Shown: piece after piece, positions 62,677 to 64,000 of the stretch
Layout of the letters: each line of letters begins with the position of its first letter
How positions within the stretch are numbered: the first letter of the stretch is position 1
Origin: Centroscyllium fabricii
Lineage: Eukaryota
NCBI GenBank assembly: GCA_051313645.2
Contig: JBNRSN020000010.1
Coordinates: 47,430,001 to 47,494,000, forward strand
DNA length: 64,000 nucleotides
Reading direction: 5' to 3'
Translations under genes and position numbers: made by a program
Notes under the pieces: model-generated
The model's database searches: none
What the model saw: the letters and a program-made list of their open reading frames with translations, nothing else
Told to the model about the DNA's origin: nothing

Positions 62677-64000
62677 TGTGGCGACACGCCCACCAAAGCC
62701 ATCAAATCCGCCTCGGGCGTACTGCGGGGCACGGCCCCACCCATCGGGTGACGCGATGACGTCACCGCGACTTCCGGCGTGATGACGTCACCGGAACTTC
62801 CGGCATGGTGACGTCACCAACCGCGGGCTCTTTAAATAAGCCTGCTCCAGGTGGCTCTGTCTCTTTGCTACCTGGCCCTTGTAATGTATTAAACAAGTGA
62901 TTTCTGTCTCTCTGGCTCCTGCGTGGTTCTTCAGGCCTGCATGCACTACAGTGGTGACCCCGTACTTGGAACGTCTTCCAAGGGAACAAAAATGAAGCAG
63001 TTGCTGCAGGACTAAGGGCCAAGCTGCCTCAGAGCACTTCCAACCAACATGCCATCAGCAAGCCAAGCAGCGCGATCTCAAAGATTGGGCCAGAACTCCG
63101 GCCACAGAGTAACTCTGCCAGAGTTCTGGGAGCTACGCCCAGCGGCCTGGTTCCTCTGCATTGAAACCACCTACCGCATCCATCGCGTCCAGGTGGATGA
63201 CCGCTACGACCTGCTCTTCGCGGCCCTGCCACAGACCACGGTCGATCGGATGTGGACAACGTTACAGCGTGCACCAGCAGCAGGCAGGTATGAATACCTT
63301 AAGGCCGCGCTGCTCAAAAAATTCACCCCCTCCCAATTTGAGCGCGACTGCCAGCTCATCAACCTCCCCGAACACGGGGATGCAGACCCATCGGACCTTT
63401 GGGCCCAAATGGAAGCGCTGAATTCAGACCCAGCCTCCATCAAGCGCACCTTGTTCCTCCTCAAACTGCCCCCCTCCGTCAGACTGGCTCTGACGGCCCT
63501 CTGCCACTACAGCGGAGAACGGCTGGCTGAGGAGGCCGACAAGCTCATGACGGCCGAGCGCTCCCGCTCCGCCACGTGCGAGCCCGTTGCCACGGCATCG
63601 GAGCCCCGCCACACGCACCCCAGGTCCGACCCCAAGTCTGAACCCAGACCAACGCGACCCCGCAAAAGGCCGCGCACATTGGGCACCGGCTGGTGTTACT
63701 ACCACACCCGGTTTGAAGCAAAAGCGCAACGCTGCATCCAGCCCTGCACTTTTAAACCCCAGCCCAGCTCAAGCCCCACCATCTCCGTAGGCCGCTCTGG
63801 AGCACTGCTCTACGTCACGGGCCTCCGGTTCCTCTGCGACACAGGCGCGCAGCACAGCATCGTGCCAGCCTACCCCGCAGAAACCAAGCAAGGCACCCGG
63901 GGCCCACCACTCGAAGCCGCAAACGGCTCCGAAATAATAACGTACGGCACCCGCAAGCTCACCATCAAGCTAGCAGGCCACACGTACCTTTGGGACTTTA
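62677..64000 (+). mobile_element. CsRn1-lineage Ty3/Gypsy element, 5' part
   Basis: Putative LTR TGT...ACA 62677-62950; PBS TGGTGACCCCG (62952-62962) complementary to the tRNA-Trp 3' end. Confidence 0.85.
63049..64000 (+). CDS. Gag-protease ORF, open to the window end (not in the ORF track)
   Basis: ATG 63049; LPEFW...PAAWF, CHCC knuckle CYYHTRFEAKAQRCIQPC, protease FLCDTGA, LEAANGS...TYG, all in one frame. Confidence 0.85.
   Translation, partial: MPSASQAARSQRLGQNSGHRVTLPEFWELRPAAWFLCIETTYRIHRVQVDDRYDLLFAALPQTTVDRMWTTLQRAPAAGRYEYLKAALLKKFTPSQFERDCQLINLPEHGDADPSDLWAQMEALNSDPASIKRTLFLLKLPPSVRLALTALCHYSGERLAEEADKLMTAERSRSATCEPVATASEPRHTHPRSDPKSEPRPTRPRKRPRTLGTGWCYYHTRFEAKAQRCIQPCTFKPQPSSSPTISVGRSGALLYVTGLRFLCDTGAQHSIVPAYPAETKQGTRGPPLEAANGSEIITYGTRKLTIKLAGHTYLWDF

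Overview
Eukaryotic DNA, very likely from a shark or ray (HE1-type V-SINE, shark-type CR1 LINEs), consisting mostly of nested transposable elements. The only host coding sequence I found is a 51-bp minus-strand exon (11903-11953) encoding part of the DEP domain of an R7-family RGS protein (RGS6/RGS7-like), so the window appears to be two large introns. These hold many CR1 fragments, Penelope-like remnants, nested Harbinger transposons and MITEs, two solo LTRs, the 5' part of a CsRn1-type Gypsy element with a normal tRNA-Trp primer-binding site (PBS), and five copies of a compact Mag-like Ty3/Gypsy lineage (complete copies about 4.4-4.9 kb). One copy (13531-18225) has identical LTRs and an intact 1340-aa ORF. 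The most notable signal is in this lineage. It has no tRNA PBS; the PBS position instead holds a 13-14 nt tract complementary to the element's own LTR poly(A)-signal region, co-varying across all five copies. It also has Asn in place of the second Asp of the RT YxDD motif (YLDN) and a conserved hairpin over the polypurine tract (PPT). This suggests tRNA-independent priming and/or structural control of polyadenylation; both are inferences. All coordinates were counted by eye, and boundaries of degraded elements are approximate.
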